DNA from: Alphaproteobacteria bacterium
GTDB taxonomy: Bacteria > Pseudomonadota > Alphaproteobacteria > Sphingomonadales > Emcibacteraceae
Assembly: GCA_030641355.1 (NCBI GenBank)
Contig: DAOWHQ010000200.1
Span: 1 to 36,618, forward strand
Reading direction: 5' to 3'
DNA length: 36,618 nt
Positions 10,291 to 20,141 of the stretch are shown here, piece by piece; position 1 is the stretch's first letter; every line of letters starts with the position of its first letter. The position numbers and the translations under genes were made by a program. Below the pieces are notes generated by a model, which saw only the letters and a list, made by a program, of their open reading frames with translations, had not been told where the DNA came from and searched no databases.

Positions 10291-10809
10291 ATGTCATTGG
10301 CAGGTCACAGTAGCAATATGATCGGTGGACATGAGTCCCCTGAAGCCAGATCAAAGTTAAATTTCCTGGAATGTCTTCGTTTGATTGAAAGACTTCACAG
10401 GCGGATGCTTGACATCGTTAAAAACCGGCTGGATAGCGTGGGTAGTAACGATGTGAACAGCGTTCAGGCTTTATTGCTGTATAATATTGGTGATAACGAA
10501 ATGACGGCGGGTGATCTTCGCAATCGTGGTTATTATTTGGGTTCCAACGTATCCTATAACTTGAAAAAATTAGTTGAGGCAGGCTATATTAACCAAGAGC
10601 GCTCAGAACACGATCGACGTGCATTGCGTATTTGGTTAAGCGATAAGGGAAAAGAAGTTTGTGACCTTGTAGGTGATTTATTTGATGAAAATCTACAGGT
10701 TGTTAAAGAAAAGAATGTCTTTGAAGATGAAGATGTGTCTGAACTTCGAAACTCTCTGCGTAAACTGGAAAGCTTCTGGACGGATCAACTCCGCTTTCAG
10801 TCTTTTTAA
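10291..10809 (+). CDS. ldtR: MarR-family winged-helix regulator, LdtR-like
   Basis: ERLHRR.LD, N.VQALLLYNIG, L..RGYYLGSNVSYNLKKLV..GY, FWTDQ: signature of alphaproteobacterial LdtR; divergent from hemB. Confidence 0.88.
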   Translation: MSLAGHSSNMIGGHESPEARSKLNFLECLRLIERLHRRMLDIVKNRLDSVGSNDVNSVQALLLYNIGDNEMTAGDLRNRGYYLGSNVSYNLKKLVEAGYINQERSEHDRRALRIWLSDKGKEVCDLVGDLFDENLQVVKEKNVFEDEDVSELRNSLRKLESFWTDQLRFQSF

Positions 10810-10828
10810 GGTCTATACTTTAAAACCT

Positions 10829-10842
10829 TTGATTTGAATCAA
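10829..10842 (+). promoter_or_regulatory. FNR/FixK/FnrL box upstream of hemA
   Basis: TTGAT-TTGA-ATCAA, perfect TTGAT-N4-ATCAA; TATATT at 10864-10869 fits class II spacing (box centre near -41). Confidence 0.8.
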
Positions 10843-10870
10843 GTAATTTCATTTACCTGTGAGTATATTG

Positions 10871-10908
10871 TATCCTGATTTGACAGGATATCGGACGCTA
10901 TATATTGT
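10871..10908 (+). promoter_or_regulatory. Second hemA promoter overlapped by a palindromic operator
   Basis: TTGACA (10880-10885)-N17-TATTGT (10903-10908); inverted repeat TATCCTG-N6-CAGGATA at 10871-10890. Confidence 0.55.
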
Positions 10909-11048
10909 AAGATAGTTGTTTAGATATTTTAAACTGTGCTTTATTATATTAATGTGATAAGTCCATGTGTCTTGTGTCAAAATGACTGAGTTTTTTTTCT
11001 GGCGTTCAGTAACGCAAGGGTGAATATTTTATAAAGTAGGGCTATGCA

Positions 11049-12269
11049 ATGGATTATAACCGGATATTTTCTGATGCTTTGAAAACTGTTAAGGAAGAAG
11101 GGCGTTACCGTGTGTTCACGGATATCGTGCGCCAAAGAGGCGATTTTCCTAAAGCTGTCTGGTACAGCGAAGATGGTATGAAAGATATTACGGTCTGGTG
11201 CAGTAATGATTATCTTGGAATGGGACAACATCCCAAAGTCATCAGCGCAATGGAAGATACACTGAAGAATACTGGCGCCGGTGCCGGGGGAACCAGAAAT
11301 ATCAGTGGCAATAACCATATGCATATTCTTCTGGAACAGGAATTGGCCGACCTTCATAATAAAGAAGCCGGACTATTGTTCACATCCGGCTATATTTCCA
11401 ATGACGCCAGCTTAAGCACAATTGCAAAGCTGTTGCCGGGTTGTGTGATATTCTCCGATGAGCTGAATCACGCCTCCATGATCGAAGGTATTCGCCATAG
11501 TGGATGTGAGAAACATATTTTCCGTCATAATGATATCCAGCACCTGGAAAGCCTGTTGAAGGCAACTGACCCCGCGCTGCCGAAATTAATTGCCTTCGAA
11601 TCGGTTTATTCCATGGATGGTGATTTTGCACCGATTAAAGAATTTTGTGACCTTGCCGATAAATATAATGCCCTGACTTATCTTGATGAAGTTCATGCCG
11701 TTGGCATGTATGGTGAGCATGGTGGCGGTGTTGCGGAACGTGACGGTCTGATGGACCGGGTGACAGTTATAGAAGGAACGCTGGGCAAGGCCTATGGACT
11801 TATGGGCGGTTATATCACCTCAACCACAGATATTGTTGATGCTATCCGTACTTTTGCTTCGGGATTTATTTTTACCACATCTCTGTCACCTGTGATCACC
11901 GCAGGGGCATTGGCGAGTGTACGTCATTTGAAAGAAAGTAAGATTGAACGGACCATTCATCAGGAACGGGCCGCCATGCTGAAAGAAAAAATGCGGGCCG
12001 CAGATTTGCCTGTCATGCCATCAGTCAGCCATATTGTCCCCGTTCTTGTAGGTGACCCAGTTATTTGCAAGCAGGCCTCCGACATTCTGTTGAACGAGTT
12101 CAATATTTATGTGCAACCGATCAATTACCCTACGGTACCCAGAGGTACAGAACGTCTTCGCTTTACGCCAAGCCCTTTGCATACGGATGAAATGATTGAT
12201 CATCTGGTTAGTTCCCTGAAAGCAGTTTGGGCGCGTCTTGATGTGAAGAGGTTCGCGAGAGCGGCTTGA
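11049..12269 (+). CDS. hemA: 5-aminolevulinate synthase (Shemin/C4 pathway)
   Basis: [63 protein letters not shown]. Confidence 0.98.
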   Translation: MDYNRIFSDALKTVKEEGRYRVFTDIVRQRGDFPKAVWYSEDGMKDITVWCSNDYLGMGQHPKVISAMEDTLKNTGAGAGGTRNISGNNHMHILLEQELADLHNKEAGLLFTSGYISNDASLSTIAKLLPGCVIFSDELNHASMIEGIRHSGCEKHIFRHNDIQHLESLLKATDPALPKLIAFESVYSMDGDFAPIKEFCDLADKYNALTYLDEVHAVGMYGEHGGGVAERDGLMDRVTVIEGTLGKAYGLMGGYITSTTDIVDAIRTFASGFIFTTSLSPVITAGALASVRHLKESKIERTIHQERAAMLKEKMRAADLPVMPSVSHIVPVLVGDPVICKQASDILLNEFNIYVQPINYPTVPRGTERLRFTPSPLHTDEMIDHLVSSLKAVWARLDVKRFARAA

Positions 12270-12301
12270 AAGGACACTTCCTAAAGAAAAGGATTTAATG
12301 A

Positions 12302-12490
12302 ATGAGCAAGGGTGCAGGCGAGTATCTTGTTGAATTCATTCAGATTGGCTCATCTGTCAAGGTGTCTGCCATTGATACAGTCTCTGGTCGTGAAGTATCC
12401 ATCGTTGGCCCCGCAAAGGCAAGTCGCGCACAGTTGACAAAGGTTGCGGTCGATAAACTTAAATATGTCCTTGCCAAAGAAAAGTCCTGA
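12302..12490 (+). CDS. Small conserved protein, DUF6898-like
   Basis: AAGGA RBS; E...EF..IG..VKVSAID..SG.EVSIVGP......L...A..KL.Y pattern; family name from memory. Confidence 0.7.
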   Translation: MSKGAGEYLVEFIQIGSSVKVSAIDTVSGREVSIVGPAKASRAQLTKVAVDKLKYVLAKEKS

Positions 12491-12591
12491 ATATTTCATT
12501 TTTCCCATACATATGGTAGGAAAACGCCTGACCTTATGATATTAGGGTAATTCTGGTTTTATTTGAATTAAGACGTTTGAAAAGGGTATGG

Positions 12592-13029
12592 ATGATGTCT
12601 AAGGAAATCATAGCATTGGCAGGTGATCATGGGGGTTACGAGCTTAAGATGACCCTCAAAACATTCCTTCTGGAAAAAGATTATGAGGTTTTGGATTTGG
12701 GTTGCGATGGCGTAGATTCTGTTGACTACCCGGACTTTGCTCATGCTCTGGCAGATGCTATCAAGGAAAATAAGGCGTCTAGGGGCGTTTTAGTATGTGG
12801 TTCTGGTATTGGCATTAGCATAGCAGCCAACCGACACGCCCATATACGGGCAGCTCTTGTCCATGATAGATTAACGGCGGAACTCAGCCGACAACATAAT
12901 AATTCTAATGTCATTGTGATGGGGGGGCGTACCATTGGCCCGGATGTAGCCAAGGATTGCCTGAACACATTTTTAAACACAGAATTTGAAGGGGGAAGAC
13001 ATCAACGTCGCATCGACAAGATGTCCTGA
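12592..13029 (+). CDS. rpiB: Ribose-5-phosphate isomerase B
   Basis: DHGG..LK, SVDYPDFA, CGSGIGISIAAN, HNNSN, FEGGRH.RRI. Confidence 0.96.
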   Translation: MMSKEIIALAGDHGGYELKMTLKTFLLEKDYEVLDLGCDGVDSVDYPDFAHALADAIKENKASRGVLVCGSGIGISIAANRHAHIRAALVHDRLTAELSRQHNNSNVIVMGGRTIGPDVAKDCLNTFLNTEFEGGRHQRRIDKMS

Positions 13030-13070
13030 TTTCTACTTAGTATATATATTTATTTTAGGATTTTTTTAAT

Positions 13071-14354
13071 ATGACTTCTTCCACTGATATGAATGATTTT
13101 TTTAATGCCTCCCTTGCTGATAGTGATCCGGATGTACTGAAAAGCATTACCCTTGAAACAGGCCGACAGCAGGAGCATATTGAGCTTATTGCCTCTGAAA
13201 ATATTGTCAGCCGTGCCGTGCTTGAAGCACAGGGTTCGGTGATGACTAACAAATATGCTGAGGGTTATCCGGGGCGCCGTTACTATGGCGGCTGTGAATT
13301 TGTGGATATTGCTGAAAGCCTAGCCATTGAGAGGGCCAAGAAGCTGTTTAATGCCGCTTATGTTAATGTTCAGCCCCATTCCGGCGCACAGGCCAATGGC
13401 GCGGTTAATCTGGCATTGGTACAGCCCGGCGATACCATTCTTGGTATGTCTCTTGCCGCTGGTGGTCATTTGACCCACGGCGCACCGCCCGCACAGTCCG
13501 GCAAATGGTTTAACGCCGTGCAATATGGTGTCAGTCGCGAAGATGCCATGGTTGATTTTGATGAAGTGGAACGTCTGGCAAAGGAACATAAACCAAAAAT
13601 GATCATCGCGGGCGGCTCTGCTTACCCGCGTGTCATTGATTTCAAGCGTTTCCGGCAGATTGCTGATGAGGTTGGCGCGTATTTCTGGGTTGATATGGCT
13701 CATTTTGCCGGTCTAGTCGCCGGCGGAGCGCATCCAAACCCTCTTGAACATGCTCATGTGGTGACAACAACAACTCATAAGACTTTGCGCGGCCCACGCG
13801 GCGGAATGATTTTAACCAATGATCTTGATCTGGGTAAGAAATTTAACTCTGCCGTATTCCCCGGACTTCAGGGCGGCCCCTTAATGCATGTGATTGCCGC
13901 CAAGGCCGTGGCTTTTGGTGAGGCTTTGCGGCCAGAATTTAAGGATTATGCCCATAAAGTCATCGAAAATGCCCGTGCGCTGGCTAATCGCCTTGTTGAG
14001 GGTGGTTGTGACATCGTATCTGGTGGCACGGACACGCATTTGATGTTGGTTGACCTGCGGCCCTTGGGGCTAACGGGTCGGGATGCTGATAATTCACTGG
14101 GCCGGGCCAATATCACCTGTAACAAGAACGGTATTCCTTTTGATCCCGAAAAACCAATGGTGACATCCGGTATTCGTCTGGGGTCACCAGCGGGAACCAC
14201 GCGCGGCTTTGGTGTGAAAGAATTTGAAATGGTCGGCGATTATATCATTGAAATTCTCAATGGCCTTCAGGCTAACCCCAATGATAACAGCGCGGTAGAA
14301 GCGTCTGTACGGAAAAAAGTCGTTGCCCTGTGCAAAGATTTTCCAATTTACTAA
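13071..14354 (+). CDS. glyA: Serine hydroxymethyltransferase
   Basis: [50 protein letters not shown]. Confidence 0.99.
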   Translation: MTSSTDMNDFFNASLADSDPDVLKSITLETGRQQEHIELIASENIVSRAVLEAQGSVMTNKYAEGYPGRRYYGGCEFVDIAESLAIERAKKLFNAAYVNVQPHSGAQANGAVNLALVQPGDTILGMSLAAGGHLTHGAPPAQSGKWFNAVQYGVSREDAMVDFDEVERLAKEHKPKMIIAGGSAYPRVIDFKRFRQIADEVGAYFWVDMAHFAGLVAGGAHPNPLEHAHVVTTTTHKTLRGPRGGMILTNDLDLGKKFNSAVFPGLQGGPLMHVIAAKAVAFGEALRPEFKDYAHKVIENARALANRLVEGGCDIVSGGTDTHLMLVDLRPLGLTGRDADNSLGRANITCNKNGIPFDPEKPMVTSGIRLGSPAGTTRGFGVKEFEMVGDYIIEILNGLQANPNDNSAVEASVRKKVVALCKDFPIY

Positions 14355-14365
14355 GGATATAATAA

Positions 14366-14827
14366 ATGCGCTGCCCATTTTGTGGAAATGATGATACTCA
14401 GGTAAAAGACAGCCGCCCCACAGAGGATAATTCTGCCATCCGGCGACGGCGGTCCTGTAATGGTTGCGGGGCGCGGTTTACCACTTTTGAGCGGGTACAG
14501 CTCCGTGAATTGACGGTCTCCAAAAAAAGCGGCAAGAAAGTTCCTTTCGAGCGGGAAAAACTGGAGCGTTCGGTTAATCTTGCCCTGCGTAAACGCCCCA
14601 TAGAGGAAAATCGTATAGAGCTATTGATCAATGGTATCGTGCGGCAACTGGAAAGCCTTGGCGAGTCAGAGGTCAAGACGGAGCATATTGGCAAGCTGAT
14701 CATGGAAGGCCTGCATACTATGGATAAAGTGGCTTATGTGCGTTACGCCTCTGTTTACAAGGATTTTCGGGAAGCGGGAGATTTCGAAAAATTTGTCGGG
14801 CAGATTGACGACCCTACAGCTTCGTAG
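14366..14827 (+). CDS. nrdR: Transcriptional repressor NrdR
   Basis: MRCPFC..V.DSR..IRRRR.C..C..RFTTFE zinc ribbon, ATP cone, [11 protein letters not shown]. Confidence 0.98.
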   Translation: MRCPFCGNDDTQVKDSRPTEDNSAIRRRRSCNGCGARFTTFERVQLRELTVSKKSGKKVPFEREKLERSVNLALRKRPIEENRIELLINGIVRQLESLGESEVKTEHIGKLIMEGLHTMDKVAYVRYASVYKDFREAGDFEKFVGQIDDPTAS

Positions 14828-14835
14828 TCGGAATT

Positions 14836-15933
14836 TTGAAAACTGATATTCAACATATGGAAATGGCACTGGGGCTGGCCCGTCGCGGCAATGGCTCCAC
14901 ATGGCCTAATCCGTCCGTCGGTTGTGTGATCGTTAACAAAGATGGTCATATCATCGGGCTGGGTCATACGGGCATGGGTGGTCGTCCCCACGGGGAAATT
15001 ATCGCCCTGTCCATGGCGGGAAAAGCTGCGGAAGGGGCCACCGTTTATGTTACGCTGGAGCCTTGCGCCCATCATGGGCAAACCCCGCCTTGTGCAATAA
15101 GTCTGGTCAAGGCGGGTGTTGCGCGGGTGGTAGTTGCTACTGGCGACCCTGACGGACGTGTTTCTGGTAAGGGTTTGGAAATACTGAGAAATTCCGGAAT
15201 TCAAGTCGACTTTGGTGTCTGTCAAACAGAAGCAAATCACGTAAATCAGGGTTTCTTCCAAAGGATTTCTGAAAATAGACCGATGGTCACAATGAAACTT
15301 GCCACATCGCAGGATGGCATGATTGCGAAGGATTCCGGTGATACCATATGGATAACAGGGCCAGAGTCCCGACAAAGGGGACATTTGCTGAGGGCCAGTC
15401 ATGACGCGATACTTGTTGGTATTGGCACTGTTTTGGCTGATAACCCGTCTCTGGATTGTCGGTTGCCGGGTCTTGAACACCTATCTCCCGTGCGGATTGT
15501 CGTCGATAGTTATTTAAGAATCCCGTTGGACTGCAATCTGGTTGAAACAGCAAAAAAAATTCCCACATGGGTTATAACAACGGTTAGTGACGGTGAAAAA
15601 TACGAAACCCTTAAGCGTATGGGGGTGAAGCTTATTTGCTGTGATGCAAGCCCGCAAAACCGGGTTGATTTGCCAAAGATGATGGCTCTTCTGGCTACAG
15701 AAGGCATTACAAGGGTATTATCCGAGGGTGGAGCAGAAGTTAATGCTTCCCTGATCACGGCAAGTCTGGTAGACCGACTGTATTGGTTCAGGTCACCGGA
15801 TGTTATTGGTGAAGGGCTTGGCGCTCTCGCATCCGTCGGATTAAATGAGTTGCTTGAAAGGCCAAATATTAACCTGATCCGATCGGGACACACGGGAAAA
15901 GATATTTGGCAGGAATTTGAAATAGGTCATTAG
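14836..15933 (+). CDS. ribD: Riboflavin biosynthesis deaminase/reductase
   Basis: PNPSVGC, H.E, TLEPCAHHGQTPPC, WITG..SR, GIGTVLADNP.L..R, EGG. Confidence 0.96.
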   Translation: MKTDIQHMEMALGLARRGNGSTWPNPSVGCVIVNKDGHIIGLGHTGMGGRPHGEIIALSMAGKAAEGATVYVTLEPCAHHGQTPPCAISLVKAGVARVVVATGDPDGRVSGKGLEILRNSGIQVDFGVCQTEANHVNQGFFQRISENRPMVTMKLATSQDGMIAKDSGDTIWITGPESRQRGHLLRASHDAILVGIGTVLADNPSLDCRLPGLEHLSPVRIVVDSYLRIPLDCNLVETAKKIPTWVITTVSDGEKYETLKRMGVKLICCDASPQNRVDLPKMMALLATEGITRVLSEGGAEVNASLITASLVDRLYWFRSPDVIGEGLGALASVGLNELLERPNINLIRSGHTGKDIWQEFEIGH

Positions 15934-15934
15934 A

Positions 15935-16537
15935 ATGTTTACCGGAATTATTACAGATGTCGGCTCTATCAGAAGCCTTGTTCATAAAGGCGATACTCAC
16001 ATCAGGCTCAATACAGCCTTTGACACGGACACTATTGATATTGGCGCATCCATTGCCTGTTCCGGTGTCTGTCTGACGGTGGTTGATAAGGGCAGTGACT
16101 GGTTTTCTGTTGATGCCTCCGCTGAAACCCTGTCCTGCACTAATCTTGGCAGTTGGGCAGAAGGCACGCGGGTCAATCTTGAAAGAGCCTTGAAAGTCGG
16201 TGAAGAACTAGGCGGTCATATTGTCACAGGCCATGTTGATGGTATAGGTGAAGTTTTATCAATAACACCATCAGGTCAAAGCATAATTTTACAATTTGCA
16301 GTGCCGGATAATCTTAAAAAATACATTGCTGAAAAAGGGTCTGTGACCATTAATGGTGTCTCGCTGACGGTCAATGAGGTGGTTGACCATACGCAGAAAC
16401 AGACCATTTTTGAGATTAATATCATTCCCCATACGCAGGAAAAAACCACTTTTTCCGATGCAAAGGTGGGTGATAAGGTCAATCTAGAAATTGATGTATT
16501 GGCCCGCTATGTGGCAAGAATGAATGAATTTAACTAA
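15935..16537 (+). CDS. ribE: Riboflavin synthase (alpha chain)
   Basis: MFTGII N-terminus, G.CLTV, VNLERAL, GGHIVTGHVDG, GVSLTVN, VNLE.D. Confidence 0.97.
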   Translation: MFTGIITDVGSIRSLVHKGDTHIRLNTAFDTDTIDIGASIACSGVCLTVVDKGSDWFSVDASAETLSCTNLGSWAEGTRVNLERALKVGEELGGHIVTGHVDGIGEVLSITPSGQSIILQFAVPDNLKKYIAEKGSVTINGVSLTVNEVVDHTQKQTIFEINIIPHTQEKTTFSDAKVGDKVNLEIDVLARYVARMNEFN

Positions 16538-16551
16538 GAAGATCAAATATT

Positions 16552-17688
16552 ATGTCTAATAGTTTTCTATCCCCCATTGAAGATGTTCTGGAAGATGCCA
16601 AAAATGGCCGTATGTTTATACTGGTCGATGATGAAGACCGGGAAAATGAGGGCGACCTGATTATCCCGGCTCAGATGGCGACACCGGACGCGGTTAATTT
16701 TATGGCTAAATATGGCCGTGGCCTGATTTGCCTGACGGTTGACCGGAAAAGGGCTGAGATTTTGGGATTGCCCCCCATGAGCCTCAACAATCAGGCCCGT
16801 AATAATACCGCCTTTACAGTTTCTATTGAGGCTAAAGAAGGCATTACCACGGGCATTTCCGCAGCGGACAGGGCGCATACCATTGCTGTGGCGACAAATC
16901 CGGCGATGAGCGCCAATGATATTGTCTCACCGGGCCATGTCTTTCCTATTGTGGCAAAAGACGGGGGGGTGCTGGTTCGCGCCGGTCATACGGAAGCCGC
17001 CGTTGATATTGCGCGCATGGCAGGGCTTACCCCTGCGGGCGTGATTTGCGAGATTATGAATGATGATGGTACAATGGCCCGTCTGCCAGACCTTGTCAAA
17101 TTTGCTAAAAAACATGATTTGAAGCTGGCCACCATTGCCGACCTGATTGCCTATCGCCGCAAGGTTGATACGCTTGTGGAATGTATTGAGGAAACGGTGG
17201 TTGATTCAGAATATGGTGGTGAATTCAAGCTACGGGTTTATGAGGTAAAGGATGATCAGACACAGCATTTCGCACTGGTGAAGGGTACACCCAAAAAAGA
17301 CGAGCCGGTTTTGGTTCGTATGCATCCTTTTAATATGTTTGATGATTTGCTGAGCGCCAAAGGTAGCCGCCGCAGCCAGTTACATCGGGCCATGGAAGAA
17401 ATTGGCAATGAAGGGTGCGGGGTATTGGTTTACCTCCGTGAAACCTCAAAGACCATTATTACCGACAGTATAGGCCGAAGGTCAGGCACAAAAAAAACCT
17501 CGAAAGATACTTTCCTTAGAAATTATGGCATAGGGGCCCAGATCCTTGTTGATCTCGGGGTATCACATTTGATTTTGCTGTCCAATACTGAACAGCATGT
17601 GGTTGGCATTGATGGCTATGGCCTTAATATTGTTGAGCAGCGTAAATTTGATGACAGCATGGAAATTGGCCTGAAAAAGAAAGTTTGA
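16552..17688 (+). CDS. ribB: 3,4-dihydroxy-2-butanone-4-phosphate synthase fused to a degenerate GTP cyclohydrolase II-like domain (RibBX)
   Basis: [51 protein letters not shown]; C-terminal domain lacks the Zn-binding cysteines. Confidence 0.93.
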   Translation: MSNSFLSPIEDVLEDAKNGRMFILVDDEDRENEGDLIIPAQMATPDAVNFMAKYGRGLICLTVDRKRAEILGLPPMSLNNQARNNTAFTVSIEAKEGITTGISAADRAHTIAVATNPAMSANDIVSPGHVFPIVAKDGGVLVRAGHTEAAVDIARMAGLTPAGVICEIMNDDGTMARLPDLVKFAKKHDLKLATIADLIAYRRKVDTLVECIEETVVDSEYGGEFKLRVYEVKDDQTQHFALVKGTPKKDEPVLVRMHPFNMFDDLLSAKGSRRSQLHRAMEEIGNEGCGVLVYLRETSKTIITDSIGRRSGTKKTSKDTFLRNYGIGAQILVDLGVSHLILLSNTEQHVVGIDGYGLNIVEQRKFDDSMEIGLKKKV

Positions 17689-18128
17689 GTATGCATCTGC
17701 TAATTGTTGAATCTCCTTATTATGAACATATCACCAATGAGTTGATCAAAGGTGCTGTCGCTGCGTTAGAAAAGGCGGGTGCTACTTATGATCTCATAGA
17801 CGTACCCGGCGCATTTGAAATTCCCGCAGCCATTCGTTTTGCAGCGGATAGTTCCGAGGTCAGTTATGACGGTTATATTGCACTCGGCTGTGTCATCAGG
17901 GGTGAAACGTCCCATTATGATTATGTTTGCGGCGAAAGTGCCCGTGGACTACAGGAATTGGCAATCAAGGATAGACTTGCCATAGGTTACGGTGTATTGA
18001 CCGTGGAGAATCAAGATCAGGCATGGGCAAGGGCTGACGTGACCGCAGGTAACAAGGGCGGTTATGTAGCTGAAACCGCGCTCAGAATGATCGAACTGAA
18101 ACAAAAATTTGGACTAATTTCCTCATGA
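17685..18128 (+). CDS. ribH: 6,7-dimethyl-8-ribityllumazine synthase
   Basis: VPGAFEIP, LGCVIRGETSHYDYV, GVLT.EN..QA..RA, NKG. Confidence 0.97.
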   Translation: MSMHLLIVESPYYEHITNELIKGAVAALEKAGATYDLIDVPGAFEIPAAIRFAADSSEVSYDGYIALGCVIRGETSHYDYVCGESARGLQELAIKDRLAIGYGVLTVENQDQAWARADVTAGNKGGYVAETALRMIELKQKFGLISS

Positions 18129-18592
18129 CTGAAAAGGCCGAAAGCACATCATCAAAGGGTGGCGCCAGAAGTGCATCCAGACTGGCCGCCGTGCAGGCGC
18201 TTTACCAGATGGAAATGAATGATGAGCATGCTCATAATATCGTTGATGAATTTATTGATCACCGACTTGGCGCGGTCATTGAAGGTGATCATTATTCCGA
18301 CGCGGATGTGGCCTTTTTTGCTAATCTTGTTAAGGGGGTAGAGGAGCGGGCCAAGGAAATAGACGACCATGTTTCCGGGTCATTGGCGGATAATTGGACT
18401 TTGACTAGAATTGAACCTGTGGCTCGTGCTATACTACGTGCGGGTACCTATGAATTGATCGGGCGGCCCGACGTACCAACATCTGTTGTAATCAACGAAT
18501 ATGTTGATGTAGCCAAAGCTTTTTTTGATGATAGCAAACCGGGTTTTATCAATGGTGTGCTTGATAAGTTGGCAAAGATTATCCGTAAATAA
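18125..18592 (+). CDS. nusB: Transcription antitermination factor NusB
   Basis: RSASRLAAVQALYQ, ILRAG.YEL, VVINEYVDVAKAF, FINGVLD. Confidence 0.97.
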   Translation: MTEKAESTSSKGGARSASRLAAVQALYQMEMNDEHAHNIVDEFIDHRLGAVIEGDHYSDADVAFFANLVKGVEERAKEIDDHVSGSLADNWTLTRIEPVARAILRAGTYELIGRPDVPTSVVINEYVDVAKAFFDDSKPGFINGVLDKLAKIIRK

Positions 18593-18613
18593 CTTAAATC
18601 AAGGAGAAGTAAT

Positions 18614-19585
18614 ATGAGTTCAGGTGAATTCGATCTCATCTCCAGATATTTTGCACCTTTGGCGTCCAAGGAACAGCCAGCCTATGGCCTGACCGATGAT
18701 GCGGCAGTCTTTAGCCCACCGGCGGGGACTGACTTGATATTTACCAAGGATGCACTGGTCGCAGACCTTCATTTTTTCGCTGATGATCCTGCGGACCTTA
18801 TTGCCCGTAAGGCCTTAAGGGTCAACCTTTCCGATCTGGCCGCCATGGGCGCGGAGCCTCTAGGGTATTTACTGGCCATTTCCTTGCCAAGAAATATGAA
18901 AGATATTGATCAATGGATTGCTGAGTTCGCGCGGGGACTTAAGATTGATCAGGAAGAATTTGGTTGGTCTTTATTTGGTGGCGATACGGTTGCAACGCAT
19001 TGGCCGTTAACTATTTCTGTAACCGCTATCGGTTCCGTAAAGCGCGGAGAAGCCCTACGCAGAGACGGGGCGCAAGAGGGTGATGACATATATGTATCCG
19101 GTGTTTTAGGAGATTCCGCGCTTGGTTTTAAATGCCTGACTGGTTATATCACACCAAAAAATGATGCCCTGATTGAAAGTTACCTTTTGCCACAGCCCAG
19201 AATTACTCTGGGGCAGAAGCTCAAGGGTATTGCCACTGCCGTTATGGATATTTCTGACGGGTTGTCCGGTGATATTCAGCATATATGCGCGTTATCGGGA
19301 CTGGGGGCTAAGATTGAAGAAGACCTCATTCCCCTTTCCGGTGTGGTTCGTAAGGTTTTGGAAAGTTTCCCCCTGTATAAAGAACTTGTATGGACGGGGG
19401 GTGATGATTATGAACTTCTTTTTACCGCGCCGGCCCATGCTGCAGGAGACATAAAAGAATTGGCGAAAAGTCTAGATCTTCCTCTGACCAGAATAGGTTG
19501 TATGACGAATGAAAAGGCAATCGTAATTCAGGATAAAAATGGGGAAAATCAACTGGGTGACAAACGTGGTTATAGACATTTTTGA
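18614..19585 (+). CDS. thiL: Thiamine-monophosphate kinase
   Basis: EFDLI.RYF, DDAA, NLSDLAAMGA.P, GGDT, DISDGL, GGDDYELLFT. Confidence 0.96.
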   Translation: MSSGEFDLISRYFAPLASKEQPAYGLTDDAAVFSPPAGTDLIFTKDALVADLHFFADDPADLIARKALRVNLSDLAAMGAEPLGYLLAISLPRNMKDIDQWIAEFARGLKIDQEEFGWSLFGGDTVATHWPLTISVTAIGSVKRGEALRRDGAQEGDDIYVSGVLGDSALGFKCLTGYITPKNDALIESYLLPQPRITLGQKLKGIATAVMDISDGLSGDIQHICALSGLGAKIEEDLIPLSGVVRKVLESFPLYKELVWTGGDDYELLFTAPAHAAGDIKELAKSLDLPLTRIGCMTNEKAIVIQDKNGENQLGDKRGYRHF

Positions 19586-19605
19586 TTAAGGGTACAGGGT
19601 AATAT

Positions 19606-20136
19606 ATGGCTGACGGGGAAGTAGAAAAAGAAATAGAAACAGAAGAAGAAGCACCAAAATCGGGCAGCAAAAAACTTTTGATAATTGGGTTGATAGTGGG
19701 TTTGTTGCTTGGTGCGGGTGGCGGTTTTGGGGCCTTTATGATGTTGGGCGGTGGCGATGAGGAAATTCATGATGAAGAAGATCCGCTTGAGGAGGAATTT
19801 GTCGTTGAGGAAGAACCTAAAACGGATCCTTTCTTTGTAAAGATAGAGCGCATGACGCTTCCTCTTATTTATAATAAACGTAGCTTGGGTAATGTGATGA
19901 TCGATTTTTCCATGGAAGTGGATGGGAACGAAAATAAAATGATCGTTATTAATAATTTACCTGAAATTCGTGATGCCATGTTGCGCCATTTCAGCTATAC
20001 GCCAATAGGCAAGGACGGTAGTCCGCGCAGCGTGGATTATCTTCGGTTGAAAAAAACTTTAATGGATATCAGCAACAAAGTCCTTCATGACCCATTAGTA
20101 CTTCGGGTCATGGTTGTTCAGGCGCGAATATTTTAG
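19606..20136 (+). CDS. fliL: Flagellar basal-body-associated FliL-family protein
   Basis: Acidic N-terminus, KKLL + single Gly-rich TM, acidic linker, C-terminal P.IRDA.L domain typical of FliL. Confidence 0.7.
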   Translation: MADGEVEKEIETEEEAPKSGSKKLLIIGLIVGLLLGAGGGFGAFMMLGGGDEEIHDEEDPLEEEFVVEEEPKTDPFFVKIERMTLPLIYNKRSLGNVMIDFSMEVDGNENKMIVINNLPEIRDAMLRHFSYTPIGKDGSPRSVDYLRLKKTLMDISNKVLHDPLVLRVMVVQARIF

Positions 20137-20141
20137 GGAAA

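Noticed and set aside
10918-10934. GTTTAGATATTTTAAAC as an Irr ICE box before hemA
   Set aside because: Half-site spacing is 2 bp too short for the ICE consensus
14985-15000. RibD HGE instead of HAE
   Set aside because: Zn ligand His, catalytic Glu and PCx8C are intact; conservative variant
14755-15480. 241-aa minus-strand ORF
   Set aside because: Antisense to nrdR/ribD with no domain signature
14366-18128. FMN riboswitch for the rib genes
   Set aside because: Intergenic gaps are only a few bases; no room and no motif
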